From the IMG/VR virus record IMGVR_UViG_3300021961_000025: 64,000 nt of DNA; one strand, given 5' to 3'. Position 1 is the first letter of the stretch; every line of letters begins with the position of its first letter. Below, in pieces: positions 47,091 to 55,850 of this stretch. The translations under genes and the position numbers were made by a program. Source of the DNA: a virus. The notes beneath the pieces are model-generated. The model did no database searches and had not been told where the DNA came from. It saw only the letters and a list, made by a program, of their open reading frames with translations.

Positions 47091-47402
47091 ATGATGGCTT
47101 ATGTATTGGTAGATGCAATTTCTCAATTCCGTATTCGTTATGCAGTTAAAGTTCCTGATGAGATCTCTGACAAAGAGAAACTTGAATGGGCTAACGATTC
47201 AGTAACGTGTGAGGAATTAGAAGAGTTTAGTCAAGAGCATCTTGGTGAAGTGATTTCATCAACACGCATATTAACAGAGGGAGAAGTCTTATCAACATTT
47301 CGCTTAGATAATGATTATTTAAGTTCTTGGGGTGACGACTTAATCCTTAGTAAAATTCAATCAATTGATTCTGAAGGAACGTTGTCAAAACTCAAGACAT
47401 AA
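47091..47402 (+). CDS. Conserved phage hypothetical protein
   Basis: EEFSQEHLGEVI..DNDYL..W. Confidence 0.6.
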   Translation: MMAYVLVDAISQFRIRYAVKVPDEISDKEKLEWANDSVTCEELEEFSQEHLGEVISSTRILTEGEVLSTFRLDNDYLSSWGDDLILSKIQSIDSEGTLSKLKT

Positions 47403-47432
47403 GAAAACCCATTAACTCACAAGAGGTTTAAA

Positions 47433-47660
47433 ATGTCTAAATCTGCTCGTAAAATAGATCTTACACCAACAGAAAAAGTAGCAATCTATGAATCTTTATT
47501 AATGTCAATAGATGAGGCTACTTGGAACAAGGAGAAATTAAATGACTATATCGCCAACATTTCGGACTGGGCAATGCAAAGAAAACTATATTACAGTGGA
47601 GAAGACAATACTAAGCGTGTTGAAGAATCAGTATACAATCTCTTAAAAACAAATCACTAA
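47433..47660 (+). CDS. Hypothetical protein
   Basis: GAGG RBS. Confidence 0.55.
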   Translation: MSKSARKIDLTPTEKVAIYESLLMSIDEATWNKEKLNDYIANISDWAMQRKLYYSGEDNTKRVEESVYNLLKTNH

Positions 47661-47675
47661 AAACAAGGTTATATT

Positions 47676-47882
47676 ATGACACTACCGATTGAACGTCGTA
47701 ATGCAGTAATTAACACAGAAGCATTCTTGCTCGACTTATGTAATCCCAAAAGGACACCACGTGTTCCTAGCGAGATACGAAGTCGAGCAAGATCTTTATT
47801 AAGGCATTACCCACATCGTTACGATATGGAAATTGCTGGAGAGCAAGCACCTAAAGTATTTGGAGAACATTATGAAAGTTAA
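47676..47882 (+). CDS. Conserved small phage protein
   Basis: MTLP.ER..A..TPRVP..IR..A..LLRHYP. Confidence 0.65.
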   Translation: MTLPIERRNAVINTEAFLLDLCNPKRTPRVPSEIRSRARSLLRHYPHRYDMEIAGEQAPKVFGEHYES

Positions 47883-48333
47883 CATTGGAAACTATACAAA
47901 TCGTTGGTATAGTGAGTCAGATATTTTACAGTGGATATATAATCATACCATTAATCTTTATCTTGACACAAGAGTTCAAAAAGTAAAAGTTCATATTGAT
48001 CGGTGGGACACTTGGAGTATGGATCATACTCTGGCACATATTGTTGTTCCAATGCTCGTGCAATTAAAAGAGTCCAAGCATGGTGCTCCCTTTGTAGATG
48101 ACAAAGACGTACCAGCAGAATTACGAAGCACTAATTGTCCACCAAAAGAAAACCCATGGGATACAGACGCCAATCACTTCAAACGTTGGGATTGGGTAAT
48201 GGATGAAATGATCCATGCTTTCCAAAGTAAACTAGATGATGATTATATGTGGCGTCCAACAGATAAACAATATAAAAGAATTAGGAATGGATTCCGTCTC
48301 TTTGGCAAATATTATGATGCACTTTGGGATTGA
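47872..48333 (+). CDS. Conserved T4-like hypothetical protein
   Basis: WDTWSMDHTLA..W..DEMI.AF..GF.LFGKYY..LWD. Confidence 0.7.
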   Translation: MKVNIGNYTNRWYSESDILQWIYNHTINLYLDTRVQKVKVHIDRWDTWSMDHTLAHIVVPMLVQLKESKHGAPFVDDKDVPAELRSTNCPPKENPWDTDANHFKRWDWVMDEMIHAFQSKLDDDYMWRPTDKQYKRIRNGFRLFGKYYDALWD

Positions 48334-48364
48334 ATTGCAAGAATGAAAGGAGTATAATACACTT

Positions 48365-48556
48365 ATGGATTGGTTAAAAGAAATAGAAAGACTTGAAGCG
48401 AGTGAAAGCGAAGAAACACGATCTGCTGCAATAGTACTAAGATCTCTATATCTAGAGAATCAAAGAATGAGAAAGTTTAATGCGGACATCTCTAAAGCGA
48501 ATCAAGATCTAAATGAAGAATTACAAAGAATTATTAAACAAGCACAATCGAGGTAA
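48365..48556 (+). CDS. Small coiled-coil protein
   Basis: ATG 7 nt after TATAAT. Confidence 0.55.
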   Translation: MDWLKEIERLEASESEETRSAAIVLRSLYLENQRMRKFNADISKANQDLNEELQRIIKQAQSR

Positions 48557-48559
48557 CAA

Positions 48560-48928
48560 ATGATTAATGATGTACAAACGTGGATTGAAAATGCTGGGCA
48601 AACTACTAACACCGATAATGAAGCACAGCGTAATCTCTATGCAAAACTTATTACAGAGGAGTACGGAGAGTTCGTATCTGCTTTTGTAGATGGAGATGAT
48701 ACCGAACAACTAGATGCAGTTTGTGATCTTATCTGGGTAACTATCGGTTATGCACTATCTCGAGGATGGGATATCAATGGAGCGTTTCAAGAGGTAGTTC
48801 GAAGTAACTTCTCGAAGTTCGATCCAGCTACTGGAATGCCTATTAAGAACGAAGAAACAGGCAAAATTATGAAGTCCGAGTCGTTCTCTCCCCCAAATTT
48901 ATCACCTTTTTTGTCTAAAACCCTGTAA
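48560..48928 (+). CDS. MazG/PRA-PH-like NTP pyrophosphohydrolase
   Basis: LI.EEY.E..DA.CDL..V..G..EV..SN.SK..GKI.K. Confidence 0.85.
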   Translation: MINDVQTWIENAGQTTNTDNEAQRNLYAKLITEEYGEFVSAFVDGDDTEQLDAVCDLIWVTIGYALSRGWDINGAFQEVVRSNFSKFDPATGMPIKNEETGKIMKSESFSPPNLSPFLSKTL

Positions 48929-48967
48929 ATACAGGCAAAAATAATTCAAAATATATGAAGAAAAGTG

Positions 48968-48996
48968 TTGACTTTTTGTAAATATTGTGGTATAAT
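48968..48996 (+). promoter_or_regulatory. Early promoter
   Basis: TTGACT-N17-TATAAT. Confidence 0.85.
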
Positions 48997-49002
48997 ATAC
49001 TT

Positions 49003-49515
49003 ATGAAAATGGAAAATATGATGAAAAACGTGAAAAAAATATACTTAGACATGGATGGCGTTATCGCCGATTTTGATAAACATTACTTTGCAGGTGGTAA
49101 GTCATTCTTATACGATGACTTTAGGGATCAAGTCCTTAATAAAAATCTGTTTAGGCAACTACCTTTGATGCCTGATTATGAAAAGTTTATCGCAGGTGTG
49201 TTAGAGATTGCACACGATAATGGATTTGAAGTTGAAATCTGTTCTTCGACTCATACTTTAGATCCTGAAATGATGAAGATTGCTAGTGATCAAAAAAGCT
49301 GGTGGTTGAAAAATGTAGCGATGCTGAAGTCGATGCCTGCAAACTTTGTTGAACGTAGATCGGCAAAAGCGAAATTCGCAAATGAAAAAACGATTCTAAT
49401 TGACGATTCTATAGAATGTATTAACTACTTTAAAGAGGGTGGTGGTAATGCGATCTGTCATCAAGACGTAGATACTACTCTTACTCTTCTAAAAGAAATG
49501 GTGAAATCGATTTGA
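49003..49515 (+). CDS. HAD-family 5'(3')-deoxyribonucleotidase
   Basis: LDMDGVIADF, K..W, LIDD. Confidence 0.8.
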   Translation: MKMENMMKNVKKIYLDMDGVIADFDKHYFAGGKSFLYDDFRDQVLNKNLFRQLPLMPDYEKFIAGVLEIAHDNGFEVEICSSTHTLDPEMMKIASDQKSWWLKNVAMLKSMPANFVERRSAKAKFANEKTILIDDSIECINYFKEGGGNAICHQDVDTTLTLLKEMVKSI

Positions 49516-50111
49516 ACATATTCTACTTAGATCCTAATCCAAAACTATGTGCTGAATATCATTGCGACAAACACGTCGTTAAGATGATTATTGAATATGC
49601 ACAATTGCTTTCCACTGCACATCGTGTTATTGATGGTACGCAATGGGAAGGTAAATCTATTAGTGGAAGACGTATTGCTCGTTGGAAACATCCAGATCCA
49701 ATAATGGATTCAGAGTTATATTTGGCATCACACATTAAACATCCTAGTGGTATTTGGTGTCGTGAAAACGAAAAGAATTATACTTGGTTGTATACTCTTT
49801 GGATTAATCTTTGCCACGAATATACTCATCGTTATGGTAAGGTGCATCTTACTGAACAAAAACTTTCAAAACATTTAATTAGTATTCCAAAGAATATAAA
49901 ACAGGGTGTATGGTGTGAACCCTATCCTGCAATGGCACATTATCCTCAATGTATTGTTAAAAATGATAGTTTGAAATCCTATCATAACTATTATATTGCT
50001 GACAAGGTTAGATTTGCAAAATGGACAAAACGAGATATTCCTAAATGGTTTAAAGATATGCTTGTTACTGCAATGTCAAATACACATCAGATAGTAGGAA
50101 TTCGTTCCTAA
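49512..50111 (+). CDS. Pyrimidine-dimer DNA glycosylase (DenV)-family protein
   Basis: NIFYLD..HCDKHVVKM..E.AQLL..HP..W..EY..RYGK.H. Confidence 0.75.
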   Translation: MNIFYLDPNPKLCAEYHCDKHVVKMIIEYAQLLSTAHRVIDGTQWEGKSISGRRIARWKHPDPIMDSELYLASHIKHPSGIWCRENEKNYTWLYTLWINLCHEYTHRYGKVHLTEQKLSKHLISIPKNIKQGVWCEPYPAMAHYPQCIVKNDSLKSYHNYYIADKVRFAKWTKRDIPKWFKDMLVTAMSNTHQIVGIRS

Positions 50112-50140
50112 ATAAATAATAGTTAATTAGAGAGTACAAT

Positions 50141-50392
50141 ATGCCAACTTACAGTTTTAGAGACAACGATACAGGAAAAGAATTTGATGTCGTAATGTCA
50201 ATCTCCGAAAGAGATGAGTATGTAAAGAAAAACAAAAACCATACTCAAATATTAAAATCAGCACCAATGGTAGTACAAGGACATCGTTCTGGTAATACCG
50301 ATCTCGGAAAGAATAAAGGATTTAAGGAAGTCTTGAATAACATTCATAAACGGACTCCTGGATCTGTTCTTAATAAAACAACAGACTTATAA
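50141..50392 (+). CDS. FmdB-like small protein
   Basis: MPTYSF...TG..F..MSISE. Confidence 0.6.
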   Translation: MPTYSFRDNDTGKEFDVVMSISERDEYVKKNKNHTQILKSAPMVVQGHRSGNTDLGKNKGFKEVLNNIHKRTPGSVLNKTTDL

Positions 50393-50403
50393 GTAAGGAT
50401 TAA

Positions 50404-51150
50404 ATGGCTAGAGCATCTAGACGTAAAGAGGATGATCACGTAAATCCCTCAACTGGCAGAAAGCCAGCACCACCCAAAATTAAAATTGATCAGTTAGAAG
50501 TAATTAAACCTCTAACAAAGAATCAAGAACTCTTTTTTGATTCATACAAATCAAACAAAGAATTGATTGTACTGCACGGAGTTGCTGGTACAGGTAAATC
50601 TTTTATCGCAGTATACAAAGGTTTAGAAGAAGTATTAAATAGAGCAACTCACTATGATAAATTGATCATTATTAGATCGGCTGTTCAAACAAGAGAAATT
50701 GGACATCTTCCTGGAGATCTAGCTGAGAAGTTAGAGCAGTATCAATTACCATATAAACAGATTTGTACTCATCTATTCGGTAGACGTGATGCTTATAGTT
50801 TATTGGCTGATCAAGGAACAGTAGAATTCGCAAGTACTTCTTTTGTAAGAGGGTTGACGTTTGATGACGCAGTTATTATTGTAGATGAATGTCAAAATAT
50901 GACTTGGGAAGAACTCGATACTATTACTACTCGAGTAGGCGATAGATCCAGAATTATTTTTTGTGGAGACTATCGACAAACAGATTTGAAGAAGACTGGT
51001 GATAAATCAGGACTCTTTAAATTTTTAGATGTATTAAAACTCATGAAGAGTTATGCTCGTATTGAGTTTGATGCAAATGATATCGTGCGAAGTAATCTCG
51101 TTAAAGAGTATATCTTAGCACGTATTGATTACGAAGATAAAGAAAAATAG
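50404..51150 (+). CDS. phoH: PhoH-like ATPase
   Basis: GVAGTGKS, G.LPG, RGLTF, DE.QN, GD..Q.D, DIVRS. Confidence 0.93.
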   Translation: MARASRRKEDDHVNPSTGRKPAPPKIKIDQLEVIKPLTKNQELFFDSYKSNKELIVLHGVAGTGKSFIAVYKGLEEVLNRATHYDKLIIIRSAVQTREIGHLPGDLAEKLEQYQLPYKQICTHLFGRRDAYSLLADQGTVEFASTSFVRGLTFDDAVIIVDECQNMTWEELDTITTRVGDRSRIIFCGDYRQTDLKKTGDKSGLFKFLDVLKLMKSYARIEFDANDIVRSNLVKEYILARIDYEDKEK

Positions 51151-51162
51151 GAGATGAAAACT

Positions 51163-51279
51163 ATGCTTACATGGTTAATCGTTGGACTTTTTATTGGTTG
51201 GAATTTACCACAACCAGTCTGGGCAAAAGCTGTTCAGGATAAAGTGGTAGCAACAGTAAAATCTTGGGTTGCAAAATAA
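51163..51279 (+). CDS. Small membrane peptide (not in ORF track)
   Basis: GGAG RBS; FIGWNLPQP.WAK. Confidence 0.5.
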   Translation: MLTWLIVGLFIGWNLPQPVWAKAVQDKVVATVKSWVAK

Positions 51280-51289
51280 GGAATAAACA

Positions 51290-51742
51290 ATGACATTTAA
51301 ATTATCACAAAGATCGTTAGACAGACTAGACGGAGTTGATGAATCCCTAGTCAATGTGGTCAAGCGAGCAATTGAATTAACTGATGTAGACTTTGGTGTT
51401 ACCGAAGGACTACGTTCAGAAGAAACTCAACGAAAGTATGTTGAGGCTGGCAAATCACAGACTATGAAGTCTAAGCATCTTGAGGGTAAAGCAGTCGATC
51501 TAGTTGCATACGTAGATGGTGCTGTTACTTGGGAATTAAACGTATATGATAATATTGCAGATGCTATGAAGAAAGCAGCAGACGAACAAGGTGTATCTGT
51601 TCGTTGGGGTGCAGCATGGCATATCAATAACATTTGCGACTTCTCAGGCACTATGGATGATGCAATGATGGAGTATATCGATAAACGTAGGGCAGAGGGC
51701 AAGCGTCCTTTTATTGACGCACCACACTTCGAACTTACATAA
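51290..51742 (+). CDS. Endolysin, peptidase M15 (L-Ala-D-Glu peptidase type)
   Basis: EGLR...Q, SKH..G.AVD, WG..W, D.PHFEL. Confidence 0.88.
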   Translation: MTFKLSQRSLDRLDGVDESLVNVVKRAIELTDVDFGVTEGLRSEETQRKYVEAGKSQTMKSKHLEGKAVDLVAYVDGAVTWELNVYDNIADAMKKAADEQGVSVRWGAAWHINNICDFSGTMDDAMMEYIDKRRAEGKRPFIDAPHFELT

Positions 51743-51777
51743 TTGCTTTGCAATTTATTATGTAGTATAATATTATG

Positions 51778-52431
51778 ATGAAATTTACACACATTGAACA
51801 TAACTTTCCTACGTTACAAAGAATAGACGGAGAACATGGTAGGGTTTATCAGACACCATCTGGTAAATCCTATCCATCCGTAACTTCTGTAACTGGATTA
51901 CTAAACAAAAAAGCCATTCAAGAATGGCGAGATAGAGTTGGTGCCAAAGTTGCGAACGAGATATCTACTCGTGCAGCAAAACGTGGGACAAGCATTCACA
52001 AACTGTGTGAAGATTATCTATCTAATAAAGGTGATACTTCGGACATCTTTGATCAAGAAGAATTCACACATATTAAACCTTACCTCCACAAAATCAATAA
52101 CATTCACTGCTTAGAAGATAAGCTGTACAGCGATCACTTAGGTGTTGCTGGAACAGTGGATTGTATTGCTGAGTATGAGGGTAAGTTATCAGTCATTGAC
52201 TTTAAAACTTCTTCAAAACCAAAAACGAGGGAGATGATTGCGAACTACTTTATGCAAACATCTGCTTATGCTGTTTGTTTTGAAGAATTATTTGGAAGAC
52301 CCATTGAAAGAATGTTAATTATTATGTCTGTCAAAGATCAAGGCATTGACATCTTTGAGGGTAAGCGAGATGACTATATCGATGGCTTTAAAAAGCTGAG
52401 AATTGAATATAAACAATGGAAGGGAATATAA
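51778..52431 (+). CDS. PD-(D/E)XK (Cas4-like) exonuclease
   Basis: YPSVT, RGT..H, AGTVDC, IDFKTS, YFMQ..AYA. Confidence 0.85.
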   Translation: MKFTHIEHNFPTLQRIDGEHGRVYQTPSGKSYPSVTSVTGLLNKKAIQEWRDRVGAKVANEISTRAAKRGTSIHKLCEDYLSNKGDTSDIFDQEEFTHIKPYLHKINNIHCLEDKLYSDHLGVAGTVDCIAEYEGKLSVIDFKTSSKPKTREMIANYFMQTSAYAVCFEELFGRPIERMLIIMSVKDQGIDIFEGKRDDYIDGFKKLRIEYKQWKGI

Positions 52432-52432
52432 G

Positions 52433-52954
52433 ATGAAACTACAAGATGTTTTATTCTACATGCGAGAGCGTGATGAATCGATCGGTGGAGACAATCCTTA
52501 CAAGTGGGTTTATAAGCATACAAATGATTTGTTTGCGAATAAGAAAGTTGTAATTTTTGGTCTTCCTGGAGCATTCACACCTACCTGTTCCAACTCACAA
52601 CTACCTGAATATGAACAACGTCATCAAGAGTTTAAAGATCTTGGTGTTGACGAAGTTTGGTGTACGTCTGTTAATGATGCGTTTGTAATGCATCAATGGG
52701 CGAAGTCACAAAACCTTGTTCATACAAAGTTGTTGCCTGATGGAAATGGAGACTTTGCGAAGTCTATGGGTATGCTAGTAGATAAACGTAATCTTGGATT
52801 CGGACATCGTAGCTGGAGATATTCTATGTTGGTTGACAACATGGAAGTCAAAGCGATTTTCAAAGAACCAGATCTAATGGATAACTGTCCATACGATCCA
52901 TTCTTTGTATCAGATGCTGACCAAATGATTGCGCATTTAAAAACAGTATGCTAA
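52433..52954 (+). CDS. Peroxiredoxin (Prx5 type)
   Basis: PGAFTPTCS, SVND.FVM..W, DGNG.F, RSWRYSM. Confidence 0.93.
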   Translation: MKLQDVLFYMRERDESIGGDNPYKWVYKHTNDLFANKKVVIFGLPGAFTPTCSNSQLPEYEQRHQEFKDLGVDEVWCTSVNDAFVMHQWAKSQNLVHTKLLPDGNGDFAKSMGMLVDKRNLGFGHRSWRYSMLVDNMEVKAIFKEPDLMDNCPYDPFFVSDADQMIAHLKTVC

Positions 52955-54228
52955 ACAACGAACTAAAACCTTTTAGTCTTGGTGAGAGCAATAAGAAAGT
53001 TATTGCTACATACGATTATTGGATTGAATACGAGGGAGGTTCTAAATCCCTCGAAATTCAATCTGGTAATGCTGCATTTACTTTAGGGTATAATCATAAT
53101 AAACTAAAACAACACATCTTTGACAATAAGGTTGATTTTGTTCGAGGTAATACTGGAGAGTCTTCTGAATTAGTAGATTCTCTTTCAGATTTATTATGCA
53201 ATATTTCTAATATGAAATCTATTGCTTATGCTGTAAGTGGTAGTGATGCTAACGAATCAGCAATTAATGCTGTGGATCGTTACTGGACTTCTAAAGGTGC
53301 ACATCGTCCATACATTATATCAATTGCTCCTTGTTATCACGGAACAACGTATACCACAAAGACATTATCAACAGAATTAGAAAGACCAAACTATAGTGGA
53401 TGGTCTGAGTTTAATAGAACAAGAGTTATTCTTGGTAAACGTTGGGAGGATGTTAAAGACCAACGTGCAAACGAATTATATAAGATAGCCAAACTTAAAG
53501 AGTATCTACAAACACACAGTAAAGAGACAGGTGCGATTATATTAGAATCGATACCTTGGAATGATCAAATTGCTCCCTACAGTAAAGAGTTTTGGCTAGA
53601 CATTGAAGCACTTGTAGACGAATACGATATTCTTTTTATATTGGATGATGTAGCTGGATGTTTCGGTAAGAACGAAAGACTATTTACACATCAGTATTTG
53701 TCTATTCGACCAGATATTATTACCATTGGTAAATCACTTACGAATGGTTATGTTCCTTTAAGTGCTAGTTTACATAATGATAAAGTTTCAAGTATGATTG
53801 CTAGTAAGACATGGGAACACGGACATACGTGGCAACCTACAATGAATGGTGTAGTTGCTGCACATATTTGTTTGATGGAACATATTCAACACATTGAAGA
53901 TAACAAACATAAGTATATTGGCGAACAGTTAGATGCATTAGGTAATGAGTTAGTACAAAAAGGTTTATCCGATGGATTCGTAAGACAAGGATCTTTTATG
54001 GGTATTAATACCTTTGGTATTGACGTAAGTTTAGCTAAACTATCAAATGCTGGTCTTGCAGCAACAACTGCAGCAGATCAAATAAAATTGGTAGTACCAA
54101 CTATTGCCAATGATAACTATTTTACAGAATTAAAAACCAGAGTTTATAATTTACTAGATGATGTTTATGCTTCTAAAAGAGCAATGGAAGAAACACTCAA
54201 AGGTTATATGAACTCAACGAGAGTATAG
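52948..54228 (+). CDS. Class III PLP aminotransferase (paralog of 27642)
   Basis: QSGN.A..LGY, FVRGN.GE, SGSDANE, YHG.T, DDVA.CFG, PDI..GKSL..G, GHTWQP.M. Confidence 0.88.
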   Translation: MLNNELKPFSLGESNKKVIATYDYWIEYEGGSKSLEIQSGNAAFTLGYNHNKLKQHIFDNKVDFVRGNTGESSELVDSLSDLLCNISNMKSIAYAVSGSDANESAINAVDRYWTSKGAHRPYIISIAPCYHGTTYTTKTLSTELERPNYSGWSEFNRTRVILGKRWEDVKDQRANELYKIAKLKEYLQTHSKETGAIILESIPWNDQIAPYSKEFWLDIEALVDEYDILFILDDVAGCFGKNERLFTHQYLSIRPDIITIGKSLTNGYVPLSASLHNDKVSSMIASKTWEHGHTWQPTMNGVVAAHICLMEHIQHIEDNKHKYIGEQLDALGNELVQKGLSDGFVRQGSFMGINTFGIDVSLAKLSNAGLAATTAADQIKLVVPTIANDNYFTELKTRVYNLLDDVYASKRAMEETLKGYMNSTRV

Positions 54229-54236
54229 GAGATACA

Positions 54237-54725
54237 ATGACAGATAATGTAAATATCAAAGAACAAGAAGTGGAATCGTTTGATCCATGGTATATTAATT
54301 ATTCCGTAGGAATCCCAACCTTTGCACATAAATTAAAAGATAGATTAATTGCATTTGAAAACTATGATCATGCAAATGAGATTGGTTTGGTAACTGCAGT
54401 TTGTAATCATCAAATTGAGATGATGCACGATATCACACAAGATTACTTTGATGACTCATTAGTAGAAGAACGTGATACAGTAATGACTATTATCTCAGAA
54501 ACTATTCCTGCATTAATGAAAAACGATATGCATGGATTTGTTTCAGGCACACCACAAGAACTAAGAATTAGATATGCTTGTGCTTTATGTTTTAATAAAG
54601 CAGATATGCTAGACAGTCAATTCCTAGAACAATTAAATAGAGTGTCAGAAGAGTCCCTCGGACACGTGTCAAAAGAGATTGATGAAATTGTTGCTGTGAC
54701 TACTACTATTATCAAGTTAGCATAA
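54237..54725 (+). CDS. Hypothetical helical protein (possibly degenerate AhpD-like)
   Basis: GGAG RBS; weak resemblance only, no CxxC. Confidence 0.45.
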   Translation: MTDNVNIKEQEVESFDPWYINYSVGIPTFAHKLKDRLIAFENYDHANEIGLVTAVCNHQIEMMHDITQDYFDDSLVEERDTVMTIISETIPALMKNDMHGFVSGTPQELRIRYACALCFNKADMLDSQFLEQLNRVSEESLGHVSKEIDEIVAVTTTIIKLA

Positions 54726-54729
54726 TTGT

Positions 54730-54867
54730 GTGGAGAAAGAGATACAAGAGTTTCTATCATATTGGGAAAGACGTGGAATTAAACTTCCTAATCCAGAAAT
54801 GTATCCTAAGTGTTTTGAATATTACGTTAAGATTTACAAGTATTACAAGAGCAGAGGAACTGCCTGA
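54730..54867 (+). CDS. Small conserved phage protein (not in ORF track)
   Basis: LPNPE.YP..F.YYVK motif, GTG start. Confidence 0.5.
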   Translation: MEKEIQEFLSYWERRGIKLPNPEMYPKCFEYYVKIYKYYKSRGTA

Positions 54868-54904
54868 TTTACTTGCAAGAAATTAAAGAATATACTAAAT
54901 AATA

Positions 54905-55141
54905 TGCTTGAGTTGATGACTCTGCTTGGAAGATACTTGGACGTGGGTGCGATTCCCACCACCTCCACCATAAACACATTTACTGAGTGTGCTTATGATG
55001 GGGGTGATTTTAGGTTCGACAGGTTTACGAAGATCAGACGAGATGACAGCAAAACACAAACGCAAACGAAAACTTTGCACTTGCTGCCTAATTTAGGCTG
55101 ACGGAGTTTCGGTAGGTTTCTTGGCAACAGAATAACCTACC
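54905..55141 (+). ncRNA. ssrA: Permuted two-piece tmRNA
   Basis: Acceptor piece ends CACCTCCACCA (54970); coding piece starts GGGGGTG (55000) giving G3:U70; tag ANENFALAA* at 55062-55091; terminal hairpin. Confidence 0.92.
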
Positions 55142-55170
55142 ACTTTATTAACTTTTATAATAGGAGAACG

Positions 55171-55470
55171 ATGAGACCAAATAATAGAAACTTTCGAGGT
55201 GGAAACAAATTCGGCAACAAACATTTCGACAACAAGAGAAATAGCCGACCAGAAAGACCGAGAGAGCAAGGACTCATGGTTTATGTTGAAGATAATAACA
55301 TTGAAAAAGCGATCCGTAAATTAAGACGTAAAGTAGATCGTTCAGGTTTGATGCGTGATATTAGAGAAAAACAATATTATTCTAAACCTAGCGAAATACG
55401 TAAAGAGGCAAAGAAACAAGCCATCAAACGTTTTAAGAAAAACCAAAAACTTAGAGAAGAATTGAGATAA
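55171..55470 (+). CDS. rpsU: Ribosomal protein bS21 with basic N-terminal extension
   Basis: VYV..NNIEKAIRKLRRK...G...DIR.KQYY.KPS..R. Confidence 0.9.
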   Translation: MRPNNRNFRGGNKFGNKHFDNKRNSRPERPREQGLMVYVEDNNIEKAIRKLRRKVDRSGLMRDIREKQYYSKPSEIRKEAKKQAIKRFKKNQKLREELR

Positions 55471-55476
55471 GAAATT

Positions 55477-55770
55477 ATGGCAGACAAAGACAAACAGGTA
55501 GATGTTTCTCAGCTGAAATTCAATAAAGATATGAATCTTGGTAAGAAAGATCCTAAGAAATACTCCCCTACTGCTATTATGCGTCCTAAAACTAGAACGT
55601 ATCCTGTTGAAGAAATTTTCTTTGACATTGAGGGAGATCCTGAACACGTCATTATGAAAATTCCTGAAGCGATTGCAGAAGATGCAGATTGGAAAGAGGG
55701 TGATACTATCTCTCTAACCATGTTGCCTGATCGTCAAGGATTTGTAATGAAGAAGATAAAGGTAAAGTAG
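55477..55770 (+). CDS. AbrB/MazE-like DNA-binding protein
   Basis: IP..I.....W.EGD.I pattern. Confidence 0.55.
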   Translation: MADKDKQVDVSQLKFNKDMNLGKKDPKKYSPTAIMRPKTRTYPVEEIFFDIEGDPEHVIMKIPEAIAEDADWKEGDTISLTMLPDRQGFVMKKIKVK

Positions 55771-55850
55771 AAAAGAAGTGACAGCCACCTCTACTATGCG
55801 AATAAAAAGAAACAAGTTGAAGCAATTGACCAACACAGAAAGGAAACTGT

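Noticed and set aside
51778-52431. Cas4-like nuclease as part of a CRISPR system
   Set aside because: No repeat-spacer array or other cas genes seen; stand-alone exonucleases of this type are usual in T4-like phages
54895-55101. ORFs 54904..55101 (+) and 54895..55080 (-)
   Set aside because: They coincide with the tmRNA gene; only the tag frame is meaningful
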